A DNA stretch of 64,000 nt. Origin: Strigamia acuminata (lineage: Eukaryota). Of this stretch, positions 1 through 12,400 are shown piece by piece (positions within the stretch are counted from its first letter, which is position 1; the number at the start of each line of letters is the position of its first letter). The stretch spans positions 13,764,001-13,828,000 of the forward strand of contig OX442314.1 of assembly GCA_949358305.1 (NCBI GenBank), in the 5' to 3' direction. The position numbers and the translations under genes were made by a program. The notes under the pieces were generated by a model. It had not been told where the DNA came from and searched no databases. It saw nothing but the letters and a program-made list of their open reading frames with translations.

Positions 1-954
1 ACGGTGCGCATAAATGAACGACATGGCCTCCAGGCGTCAGCACATTTTGATAAGAGGGCGGGTTTCGAGAGCACAAACGTCACTTTATCTTCTCCATCTT
101 CAGCACCACGGGTATTTACAAAACATTACACACTTAAAAGGGGCAAACTTAAGCTCATCGAGTTTCATCCTGCACATTTTCTTCTTTACTCAAACCCCGA
201 AAAAAAATTTCCTCCGAGATAAAAATAAAATAATAAAACTATATTTTTCAACAACAAAAAAAAAAAAATTAATTTTTTTTTTCGAACCGTCGAAGCGCAG
301 AACTCGGAACATGAAACAACCAACCTGGTTGTGGTCGGGGTGAGCGGTGCGGAATGATGCCAAATAGTACGCCCGCATGTATTTCTCCGTCTTTTATTTT
401 TATAATATGCAAAAGCGGGGCAAAAAATAAAAAATAAGAAAAAAAAAAATTAAAACAGAAGCAGAGATGCCAAGTTGCTATTTACTCGTCCTCGACTCAT
501 AAAAGATTCAAATCGACACAGAACACACGCTTCGCTGCCATGTTTGCTCGCTCATATAACACAAAGATTGAAGTAAATGTATGTTGGATCAAGAGTTATT
601 ACATATTGAAGGAAAAAAAACACGACCTGTTTCCCGAAGAAGTTTGCAGAAGGCGACGGTAAAAGTTGTTTTAAATATTTACAACAAAATAAACAAACAA
701 AGTAATATTGCCCATCCCGAATTCAATTTTTACAAGTTGAAAAAAATTTAAAATAAACATCAAGAATTAAAATTCGTGACAGAAACACGGTTGGAATTAA
801 CTATAAAAATTAATTAAACTTGTAATTATCAATAGTCATCGACCGGTCGACGAGCTTCGAACTCGCGGCAATGAATCAAAACTGCGCGGCGGAACCGGTC
901 CGGATGGAAATTGGAGGTTTTTTGAGTTAAAAGATGGATTTAAAAAATGTTTAC

Positions 955-1192
955 CTTGTGTTTTGCTGTTGATGGACATGACGTTGTATACCATTCCAAG
1001 AATCATGCGTGTTTTCCGATGATGTGCACCGTTAAAAGCCACATTCAACTCATATAAAACACGCGCCGATAAGCAAAGCCTACATCACGAGCAACTCCAC
1101 GCTCCCCACTAAACGATGAACTTGGTCGCCGCTCACAACCGCGGTTCAGCGCTGCTGCCGATGCTCCTCTCTGATTGGTAGAAATTAATTTT
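955..1192 (-). other. Candidate exon (5'UTR plus possible first codons MILGMVYNVMSINSKTQ) of an unidentified gene continuing left of the window
   Basis: Minus-strand acceptor TTTTACAG (1193-1200) and donor CAAG|GTAAAC (exon end 955). GC-richer than flanks. ATG at 1006 is open to the donor (17 codons + 1 nt). No recognisable homology. Confidence 0.3.
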
Positions 1193-3495
1193 CTGTAAAA
1201 ATCGTTTAAAATTATAAAATTATAATCAAAATAATTCCATTTCATTTATCATCCATCTTTTCTAACTTTATTCTCCACAAAAATAATAAATAAAAACTAA
1301 ATCGTGTGCGGTCCGTTCAAAATGGCCGTTTGTTTACATATCAGCTGTGAGTGTAGCCAGCGAGAAAACACAACAAACCATCACCGCATTCAGCAAAGGT
1401 AGCGTAATAATATCGATTCCTTTTCACTCAACTTAAACCACTCAATTTGTTGACACACTGCGATAAATTTATTTTATCTTTCATTACATTATATTCGTAT
1501 TACTAAAAAAAAACTGTGAAACGAGCCATAATGTAGCTTTATTACCTTCCCTTGTCGGATACGAAAAACCTTAAACTTCAATCAGTAAAAAAAATTATGT
1601 AAAAGTATAAATTATACCTGTCGACACTTAAAGGATCACACCAATGACACTCCAACCCTCACTATGCCCTTATCAAAATTTATTTTCCCATTAACCCTTT
1701 AGATTTATAGCTAATAAAAATACACCCTTAAAAAATCAACGTATACAAAATCCCATGAGACAAGCCTAATTCCTTCATAAGTAAAACTTATGGTAGAGAG
1801 GGGGTCAAGTGAAATACACAAAATGAGTTGGGTAGTTTCACTCGCCTTAATTTGAGGCGAATAAAACAGTAATTGCTTTTGATATGAGTTGTAAGAGAAG
1901 GGCCAGTTATTGCTTTTCCCAAGCGAGTCTGATGTTTCCTGCAGATAATAATTTAATCATTTCAAAATGACACAACCCGCAAAGACTTAATACCCGTCTC
2001 AATTTACGCTCAGCGAAAGATGAGGCGAGGACATAAACAAGTGTGCTACACTGCTTTGCTTACTCAGATTGGCTTTCCACTCTCAATGCTACTTGACCAG
2101 CAACTACACTTGTTCTAAATGGTAACAAAAGTCCCGCAATTAGAATGCTTTTCACTTGATGGCAGTATTAAATGACCAATAATAGAAATAGCTGATTAAG
2201 ACATTTGTACACATATCTCTCGCTATAATGCAAAAAAACAAAAGGATCGAATTACGTAATTACAGTATCAACGTTCAAAATTCATTCCACTCCATTCCAT
2301 TCATAATTTTAATGGTTATTAGTGAGTTTCCGGAAGGGTACTTGTGCATTATAAAAATTCAAGCTACAACCTTATAAATGTAGTGTAAATTCATAAGGAC
2401 GTTTATATTTTTGTAACCATCCGTATTTACCCCTATAAATGTTATTAGTACTTCTACTTCGAATGCGTACCACTTTTTTAAAATTATAATGGTTGTTTTA
2501 ATGACAATTACACCACGCGATGTTGTTATTCCAAAGACCTTTCGACCGTTGCCCTTCATCTACAGTGGTTAATCACGTGATTTCACTCTATACAGCGATT
2601 TCTCGAAACCGACTAATTACGTAACGCAAGATACACTCGTATTTGTATTTTTGACACTTAGCAGAATGCTTAATGCCTGTGTGGAGTATTAAGCCTTGCA
2701 AGCTGCGATCAACTTTCTTGACGCCCAACTTTGCATTTGCACCGACAACTGGGAAAACCACAGAAAATCTAGTTGGAGGCGGGTGTCAAATATTAGGTGA
2801 AAGCGAGAAAATTTTATTTTAAATTCAGTTTTATAAACAAAGAAATAAAAATAATCAAGTAAAATGAAGGACACTCCCATCAACAAAATTGGCTCGCGTA
2901 TAATTATTATTTTAATTGAATTAATTTCCCTTGCATTGAGTGAATGAGTTTTTCATCTCGCATTCGTAGTTGGTATATCTTATTTTAAAGTCTAATCATA
3001 ATGTGTTGTATTACTGTTTAGATATTACAAACTTTCGCATCAAATTGTCCCTTGGTTCCCATAGAAATTAAATACTGCCAGCATGTTTGACTTAAATGTG
3101 TGCTCAAAGTCTTTAAATCCCTTAATTTGATAAAGGTGAAGCACAAATTAGGATTACGATTACAGTGAAATCCCTCAAGACCAGAAAAAGTGTTTGGACT
3201 TGAGGGCACCCAGTCTTTAGAGCAGCTTTCTCTTGCTCAGGCATGGACAAAGAAATCGAATTGCCTAGTCTGGAGGGAGTAGTTTTAAATTAAGTAACAA
3301 GTGATTGGAAACATTCACTTGATCGTTTCATTCAATCGTGGATAAGATTCAATCAACATACCTTAAACCAGGTCATTTGAATACACTTGACGGCCATTCA
3401 ATATTTTTATTCCAGTTTTTAATTGGATTTTTCGGTTGCCCGGATTTTTTAGAGTCTGAAACAGGTCTTCAATCAATTACTTGTCGGAACAAATA

Positions 3496-3712
3496 CCGTA
3501 TTTCAAGGTGATTTCGGCTTGGGTTGCCGGGTTTTGAGGGTTGCCTGGATTTCACACGCCCCAATTTTATATAAAAAAAATTATATTTTTTAAAAAATTC
3601 AATTTAATAATTTTTTTTTTAACTTAAAAATCGAAATTAATCAAAAACACTAAAGAAATTGCGGGGAAAATTTTGTAACTAGAACACCCGCGTTCTATTA
3701 GCGTATTTACGG
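3496..3712. mobile_element. Degenerate MITE-like element (TA-CCGTA...TACGG-TA ends)
   Basis: Ends TACCGTA / TACGGTA. The right end (TTTTGTAACTAGAACACCCGCGTTCTA...TTTACGGTATGCA) recurs near 24927-24970. The left arm matches only in the terminal bases. Confidence 0.5.
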
Positions 3713-5480
3713 TATGCAATAAACAATTTTAGACATTTGTGTTTTCATATGCAAAAAAAAGGAATTTAGTGTTTTAAATTTTTAATTGGGGGTACATTCT
3801 TCAAAATTGAAGCAAAGGTTAATCATTGATCCACTTTCGTTAGAGCAAAACATTGACACCAAATCCCACATTTCCATGCTACTGTGTCAATGCCATTCCG
3901 AAACGAACTCAAATTCTATCATACAGCCAATTTACTTTTTACCAAAGGAACTTGAAAATAAAATAAAAAATGAATTTTCGCGTATGGAATATAAGCCTAA
4001 CTGCATTTACATTTACGATCTGCAATATGTTATTAAATTTCCAAACTTGGAATAAAAATTTTATGTTTTATCTACAAAATGACCACTTTTATTGGTATCC
4101 TGGAACCGAAAGTACATTTGCAAATTTAGAAACTCAAATCGCATATATCACATTTCTGGTTGCTCCATCACTCCCAAAATTATTCTTTTTGCAACACTTA
4201 TGATCAAGTTGATGGCCGCCATGTTGCTTCCTCTATTTCGCGGACCAAGCCAATAAAAACCAGTTCTCAGTAAGAGAAACATGTCTCAATTAAGAAGCAC
4301 AGAACTACTCTTAGACAATAGCTGTCAAGTCAACTTGGTGGAAAGCAAGATTGACAAGACATCAATATTGAATCCTTGCCCCATTTTTTTTTTCAAATTT
4401 GACGAGTTCTTTACTCCAGTTCGAGTGTTATCTTAGTTATTTATAAATACGTAGAAAAAGAAAACAAAAACTGCAATGCGCAGAGCAAACAACAAAATCA
4501 AACATCACAATTCCCTCGTTTATTTATTTCTCGTTTTTCCCTTCCTAAATTTACGAGTTTACTCCTACTTTCTGCTAGTTACAAGACTGTTAGTTATTTA
4601 TAATGCGTTCAAAAAGAAAACAAAGCATCAACTTCTCAAAAGACAACAACAAAATGAAAGCTCGATATAAATATTTCATTTCAACACATTTGTAAAACTT
4701 GTTTTCATTCTTTGGACCAATAGAAAGCAATTGATTCAAATTGTTTCCATCATTTATTCCAAAACCAAAATTTAAACCTCCCTTTTAAATGCTAAATAAA
4801 GCAAACAAGATTATAGATTGCTAAACCTTTAATCTAGCCAGGATCAGAATTTGTAACTGTGTTGCTATGTGGAAAACGTTCATAGTTCAAAGATAAACAT
4901 CCAATTACTAATGGGATTGAGCAATAAATCCAGGAAAATAGTGTTGAAAAGACGTTTAGGTGCATTCAAAGTTTCTGTTAAAAAAGTATCTAGTGCTTCT
5001 ATAAACAGCAAAAATACAGGAGAAGGCATGCAAAATAATGTGAGATTAGTTCGTTTTTGTGTGTGTTTGTTGTTTTTAGGTTTTGCAAGTAAATGGTAAT
5101 TAAAATGCTTTCATTTTCACCCAATGAACGAATTATGACCTACATCTTTCAACACAATTCTGCTTTTACTCACGTTTTGGGGTGGTGGGTGCTTCACCTG
5201 AAAGCATTGCAGCAATTGGACGTTGGAGCTAACTTACGAGGCAGCCATTTTGAATTTGGTTGTATAAATCAAAACCAGGCATGAAACCTAATATTCTTTG
5301 CATACCAAGGTGGACTTTTCACCATAATATTTCTATTTACTATTTATCGTATAACTTTTCATGTGCCATGATTGTGTATTTATCGCACAATACCGTTATT
5401 AATCAGATGTTTATCTTTGAACCTAATCTGTACAGCAAAATTGTAATAACTTTTGATCAAAGTTAGATTAAAGGTTTAGC

Positions 5481-5907
5481 CAGTGGCATACCGGCCACAC
5501 CCCGGCCCCTGAGCAAAAGGAATCCCGAGCACGAAAAAATACGAAATACAAAACTTTTTTTCTGAATTTGTAGAATTTGTAGAATTTGTCGGAATTTTCG
5601 AAGAAATAAATTTCGAAGAAGTGAATGAAAACCCATTCAATTACTCAAATTTCTCAAAATTTTTAAAATTTTGTCAAAAATTTTCTAAAATTTCAAAAAT
5701 TTTCAAAATTTTCAAAACTTTTTAAAATTTTCACAAAATTTTCAAAATTTTCACAAAATTTTCAAAATTTTCACAAAATTTTCAAAATTTTACAAAATTT
5801 TACAAAATTTCACAAAATTTCTCAAAATTCCTCTTAATTTATCGAAAGTTTTATAAAAGTGTCCTAATTTTGCAGGTCGACCCTATTGATTAGTCTTTAC
5901 GCCACTG
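5481..5907. mobile_element. Non-autonomous hAT-type element (MITE)
   Basis: TIRs CAGTGGCATA / TACGCCACTG (9/10 match). Exact 8-bp target-site duplication GGTTTAGC at 5473-5480 and 5908-5915. Internal degenerate TTTTCAAAA tandem array at ~5650-5830. Confidence 0.88.
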
Positions 5908-8900
5908 GGTTTAGCAATCTATAATCTTGTTTGCTTTATCTATTTATTTAAACATGTTTTTTTTTTTGCAATAAATGTTAGAACCAGACTGTTCTGTTAA
6001 TCCATCAGAAATAGCTATAATATTATTTGGATTTTCCACGTTTCTATTTATAATAACAAACATCTAATTTTTGATAAATGACTTTGAACCTTATAGTGTC
6101 GAGTTTTATAATTCTAAGGTAAGTGCATATTACCTGAGTGGCCTTTAAAACAAAAATATAGTGAACGAAAAAAAAAAAAAAGACATATAAAAGCCAAAAA
6201 AAAAAATCCATTTTGTGCTTGCCATGTGGGAACTATATACGGATGGAATATCATTAAGCGAGAGCACATAACCAAGAAATTGAATTGTCTATTTTATTGA
6301 GGGTATAAGACAAGAGCAAAATCCCGTGCGTTGTTCTCAGTTATTTCAAGAGACGCAGTCTGTTGTTCTCAAAATGTGTCTGCTGCTCTGTCCTCGTGAG
6401 AAAATTTAGATTTATTGATTGTTTTATGAGGCAAACTATCACCACTACTTTCTTTCATATCACTTTTTTCCTTCTCTTCTCATCAACTTAACAAAATTCT
6501 TAATAACGGAAAAATTCTCATCTCAACATATATAAGAAAGAAAGATGATAATAAACATTATTTGCTTTGATAGCTAAGATTAAGCAAAGACATGAAATTT
6601 GCAATTTGCTGAATACTGTGTCCCTTTTATTTTCCCATTCTTTTTTTTCTTCACACTTTTAATTTTGAATTCGTTAAACGATGCGCGGGATTTCCATCTC
6701 ATATCATTTTTAATAATACAACCATATTGCATAAGGTCTGTTACCATAAAATAAAATATTTATTTCGCCAAAAAAAAAAGAAAAAAAAATTTAATTAACT
6801 TCAAACTTTTTTGTATAAAAAACGAATAAAAATGTTCAAATTTCATTATTATTTGAAAAGATATGAAAGGTTCCACGACCAATTTGACTAAAGCAACAAA
6901 AAGTTGTAAATTGGAGCTTTTAAAAAAAGATTATGCACCTGTTTGTGTGCGTGTTCTATTTAAACCACGTGTTGGTATAAAACGTCATCACATTTGTTAC
7001 ATTCTTTATTAAATGTTACAATATGAGCTGCAAGAAAGCGAATAGTCGGGAAAAAAACCTTATGGCGCGCTCAACCTCCGCCAATAAATTTTGAGCGTCA
7101 CTTTAAATTTAGAGCACATGAGGGAATTTCTTTTATGCTGTCTGTCGTGCGACGGCACAGCTGGTAATTTCTAAATAAAGTTTGTTTTACTGTGGCAAAG
7201 TTACACACCGTCAGCTTTGGCAAAGGAATATGTCCCTATAAATTACACAATTCACTATGTACACCTGTATAGCATTTTAAAGTGCGCCTGCAACTAAATA
7301 AATAAATATATTCCGCTTTGTTTTTCCCTTTTATCTCAAAATAACTTTTTTTTTTCGAAAATATTAATTATAATTATGATAAATAAACTTCGCACATTTT
7401 TATTTTCAACCTGAAGTTAACGTGCTGTATTGTCTTCTTCTATCAGCAGATTTTAATTCCTCGTGACACGTGATGCACGCGTCTCATCAGCGTCTCTCAT
7501 CAAGAGTGCTCATTTTCAATTAAGGGACAGGCAATTAAGTGCATATTATTCCACGAATCCCTCAGTCTCTTCCTTCCTTACACACTCCCATCCCATGACA
7601 ATTTGACATACAATATATAAGACATCTTATCACAGTTCAGTGACGTTAATTATAATATCCCTTATTTCTCTTACTCGAACACAATGTGTAGGGAAAATTA
7701 GAAAGAAGAAAAAAAAATTAATTTCGCATCAAATTATTAGTGAATAAAAATTTCAAATTTTATATAACATGGAAGCGTTTCAAGTATACAAATTGATGTT
7801 TTCATTTCAGTTTATAAATACCCGTGCTCAACACCTGGTTTGCTGCTTCGCAGAAGAATTATATTAATTTTTTTATGGGTGCAAACAGGTGCAAGGCAAA
7901 GAAATTTTTTTTTCCAAAAAAAAAAAAAATTAAATTTCAGTTTCTTACTTTATTTATAGGTAATGGGGTTTAGAGATTTTTTTTTTTATTATCTCTCCCT
8001 CTTTTAGATGAGGGTGAATCTTGTGGTTAAAAATTGAACTTGATTGTGGGTAATTGCCTACAGAAAAGGGAGGACCAACCATTTATTTCTTGATATGTTG
8101 CTGTATTATGAATGGAAATAAGTCACAAATCGTACCATCAATTTTTTTTCCTCTGGTAATTGAAGTTTCCCCAATTTCCAAATAATAATCTTTCAGTAGC
8201 ATTTCTGTCTCCATTGTGTTTTTTTTTTGAAAAATGATATTAATTTTTCATCCTTTATTCTCTGAAAAATATCCCATTTCAGCTATTTCTGCCGTGAAAT
8301 TCATCAAAGAATGTGCTCATTCGAGTCTCCATCTTGATTTACCCATGATTCCAGTCACCAGATGGCACCATTAGTTAACATCGGTGCCCACCATCTCTTG
8401 TATGCATATTTCACGCCATTATTCGCCTTTGCGATCAATATTTTGCAAAATTATTGAAAACAAGCCTCGTTGTCAATATCCCTGCCAAAACAACCGAATT
8501 TCTTATTTATTTTTAAAATTTCTAACTAAATAAAATCGTTATTTTTCTCACTACTTCACTCAACTTGAAACCATCAAACCCCTCCATTTAGAATTACATT
8601 AGGTGTCTAGAGTAATTTTAAATCAGCAGTAAAGTGTTTAAGTTCGCCAATTCAATGAATTATGTAAAAGCAATTTTGTTTATCATGTTGATAATGCTAA
8701 GTAGTTTTCGACATTCCTATCAAGCACGGCATTAATAACCATAAACAAACTTACTTCAGGGCCATGTTTAAAATCCCAATTACTCACAGAGTACATATTG
8801 TAAACTTTATCCCAAGACATTTTGCTACCCTTAATAACAAACCGCCAAACTGCATCCACCCACTCTTTTCCTCCTCCATGCTGACACGTCATTACGGACC

Positions 8901-9306
8901 AAGTCCACATTGATTTTAAGCTTTATCAAACCAACACAAAACGTTACAAACCAACCCGCAAACACAATGCAGAATAAACCGGAAGCACATTTTACTTTTC
9001 AATAGCCAAAAGCCCAAAATTGCTTTCACGTTGCAGCTGGCCCTAATTCTCGATTCTCCACACTAAAAATTGCAATTGTTGATTAGTACATGCTTGCCAA
9101 TAATACACTCGCCAGATGTCTACACAAAAATAATCTATAATGCAGAAAAAAAATATTAGGTGCATTCAAAGTTTCTCTTTTTACGTTTTATGGAGTTTCT
9201 ACCAAAACAGCCAAAAAACATCAACAAAAACAATGCTGGAGTTGTTTTTGAAATGGTTTATGTTAGCTTTTGGTTTTTACAGCCAAATTCAAATGGCTAT
9301 CACGAA

Positions 9307-9452
9307 AGTTAGATCGAGAGATCAAACTTTCCAACCGCCATATTGCATCCAAGTCGTTTCAGCACAATTATGCGTTTACTCATGTTTTAAGAGGTGGATG
9401 CATCGCCTGAAACCAATATGGCGGTTGGAAAGTTTGATCCCTCGAACTAACT
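9307..9452. repeat. Inverted repeat (39-bp arms, 2 mismatches) belonging to a dispersed repeat family
   Basis: Arms 9307-9345 and 9414-9452. Related sequence (TTGGAAAGTTYGAYCYCTCGATCTAACT; GGCAGCCATTTTGAATT) occurs at ~20600-20750 and ~5240-5285. Confidence 0.75.
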
Positions 9453-12400
9453 TGTACGAAACACATTCACAGTTAGGCCTACTGTTTTTAAACAAGCTTC
9501 ATCCAAATCCCATGGTCGGTTTGCGAGAAACACACTTTAGGCCTCTTTATACAGGTCTAAAAACGAAACACATTCACAGTTATGCAAATTTTTCCCTACT
9601 GTTTTTAAATACCACAGAAACAGACATTTTAAATGCACTTATTATTTATTTTTAAATTAAACAAAAATGGTGCATGTATTCGAGTCAGGTATAGATAGTT
9701 AAGAAGAAAAATCGCAGTCTAGTCTTGTCGTTGACTCGAAGCATCGAAAAGAACGACTTGCTTGTTCCGTCACAGTGCTAATAAGAGTCAGGGCCGCTCT
9801 TATCATCACTCGTGAGCTGAAAGCCAAATTCATCACTATGATAACACAAAGAAAGTGTTGTGAGAAGCATCCAGATTTGATTAGTCCTCATAATGAACCA
9901 TGATTACAGCCATCGTGCGCCACGAAATTAAGACACGAGCAACCGAGGCAATTCCGACTTTTCATACTCTTATCACTTGCCAATACCACTTAGCACTCAT
10001 AATATTTCTCTCTCACCCACAAAAAAAATATATAAATTCTTCATTTTTTTCTATCCATCCAGCTCGGCCAGGTGAAAATTACACGTGTCGCTCTAGGAAG
10101 CCTGACCATTAACCGCGGTGGAAATTACTCCTATTTCTTTGAAAAATAAAAAATAAAAAAATTTCACCGACTTGTGGCGATGATGACAGGTCGGACAAAC
10201 CTCTCTTCTCCTTGACATCCTTATCACCATGGTTACGGATGATTATACACCCGCTTCCTCGCTCTTTCCCCCTCCTTTAAAATGAAAATATTCCTTTTTC
10301 AATATTTTCTTCGAAAAGATGATCTTGGCAGATAACGTTTTGCTGCTAGGGTGCAAACAATAGACGAATCTCTTAATGAGACAGGAAATATGTTGTCAAT
10401 ATGATTCGCACTATTCGCTCTCCCATTTCATTTCATCAGGCATTAATATGCTATTTATACCAGCCATGGAAACCCACATCTATATAAAAGGGTTTAGAAG
10501 TGGGTATCACAGGAAGGGATCCTTAAATCCTTTTGTAAAAAAAAAATAAAATAAAATAGGGTGAGGGGAACATTTTTCAATATCACCCTCACATATGAGT
10601 GGGGTGGGAAGGGAAGAAGGGAAAGAGATTAAGGGAGTACAAGTACTTGTAAGCCCACGCTCGCTGCTCGGCATCCTCGATATTAATTGCTGGATGAGGG
10701 TGCAACTTGTCACATGATAGACAAGTGATTATCAGTTTCGGCATCAACATAAACGTCAATTTTACACTGCGAGTTGTTAACCAAATTCCAGCTGTCTGTC
10801 GTGGAAAATAATAAAAATTGACGGTTATTAAAATCCCTCGCTTCATTTGTTCCGAAAAGGCGAGAAAGTGCAGCCAAGTTGCAGCGTAGTCGATATGCTG
10901 CTTGGCATTTTTGGGTGACGGAAGGGTTTTTGTTGATGGTCGTTTTCGTCGTTAATGAACCAAGTGGAATGGCAAGCATCTCGTCGCACCCCCGTCGATG
11001 AGGCAACATTGTCACAAGAACATTTCTAATTTTCCCCAACTTATTTTTTCTCCCCCTCATATTAGAAGGCACGTGGAATTCGTTCAATATCGAGCTGTTA
11101 GTTGATTGTATTGATTTCCCTCCCCCCTTCACTCACATTCCCTTCGCAAAACTGTACTGACAATAATAATAAGAGTTTTATATTCGATTCTATGAGTGTT
11201 TTTCATCGTGTCTGGAATTTTTCATTGGCTAAGACACCTTCATTCTTACCATCACCCACTCTGTCAAATTTGCCCAGCTCTGGCTTTTCTTTCCCTGAAA
11301 GAAGCGTGCATTAAGGGAGAGCGAGAGGGAGAAAGTAAAAATATTAGTCTCCTCTCTTGAATATCAATACCCTTATAAAATTGGCATCTTGTAGAAGAAA
11401 GAAAAAATTTAAAGTGTAATTTTTGTTTCACTTTTATTCGTGAAATGCTAAAAACCGACATTTGAAAGTCGAAAGAGCGCAATTACTTAATTATTTGCAA
11501 CGCATCAACTTCCGCGACGGGTAAACGAGGGAGCAAGTCAAAATACGTGGCCCCTTTGTCAACTGTGCAATTAGTCATTGTCGTACACGCAGGCGACACA
11601 TTTATAAATGTTGAGAACGTGCATTGCTTAGCCTAAATTGCGCCCATGGCACAAGGATGTTTGGTCAGTTTTGGCGACATTTGTGACTCCCGAACAAAGT
11701 ACTTACTCCGCATAGCAATGCATTCACACACGTCCTCCCTCATCAAAATGCTCGTCAGGTGGCGGTCTTAATGCGAGAAGCAAATGCATTTCTTCCCCTC
11801 CCAACATCACGGATAGCATGACAACTGAATTGACTTCCATTCTGTTCTATTATACATAGTTTCCATTGACGGTGTTACCTTAGAGCGCCGGGGAGATTTC
11901 AGGGGTAGGAGAGAAAAGTCGGAACGTGCCCAACTAACTTGCGGGAGATCGTGTTACATGGTCGCCGATGCAGTCTCACTTACCATTTGTGGTTTGTTAT
12001 GCCCGTTTCATAAATAATGGAGAAACATGTTGAGTGATCGCAATCACAAAAGACCCTTCTCGGAAATGGTTTCCACAAACAACGCCCTTTTTTCCTTTCA
12101 CAAACCCGACTCTGCAGTGTTTCGCATGACGGCCGAGATTGAATAGTGGAGTAATGAGGTGGCAGCAGGTGATTGACGACACCTGTCTCATCGACACCCA
12201 TTTGACGATTCGTGCCACTCTTAAAGTTGCACCGGTTCATCTCTCCGACTAAATTCATTACAGTAGTCACTAAATTAAGTTCCGTCAAAAATATATAGAC
12301 ATTTTTTTTATGAATAATTCTAAATTTAGAAATCAAGTTAGTGATTTCGTATTTGTACAACAACAGAAACTGATACAACTTCCACTTGCGGATGCGGATT

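Noticed and set aside
99..115. TTCAGCACCACGG, resembling the REST/RE1 motif
   Set aside because: The right half-site (ACAGCGCC) is absent; a single partial match can occur by chance.
9140..9655. 171-aa ORF
   Set aside because: It runs across the inverted/dispersed repeat, with no domain or splice support.
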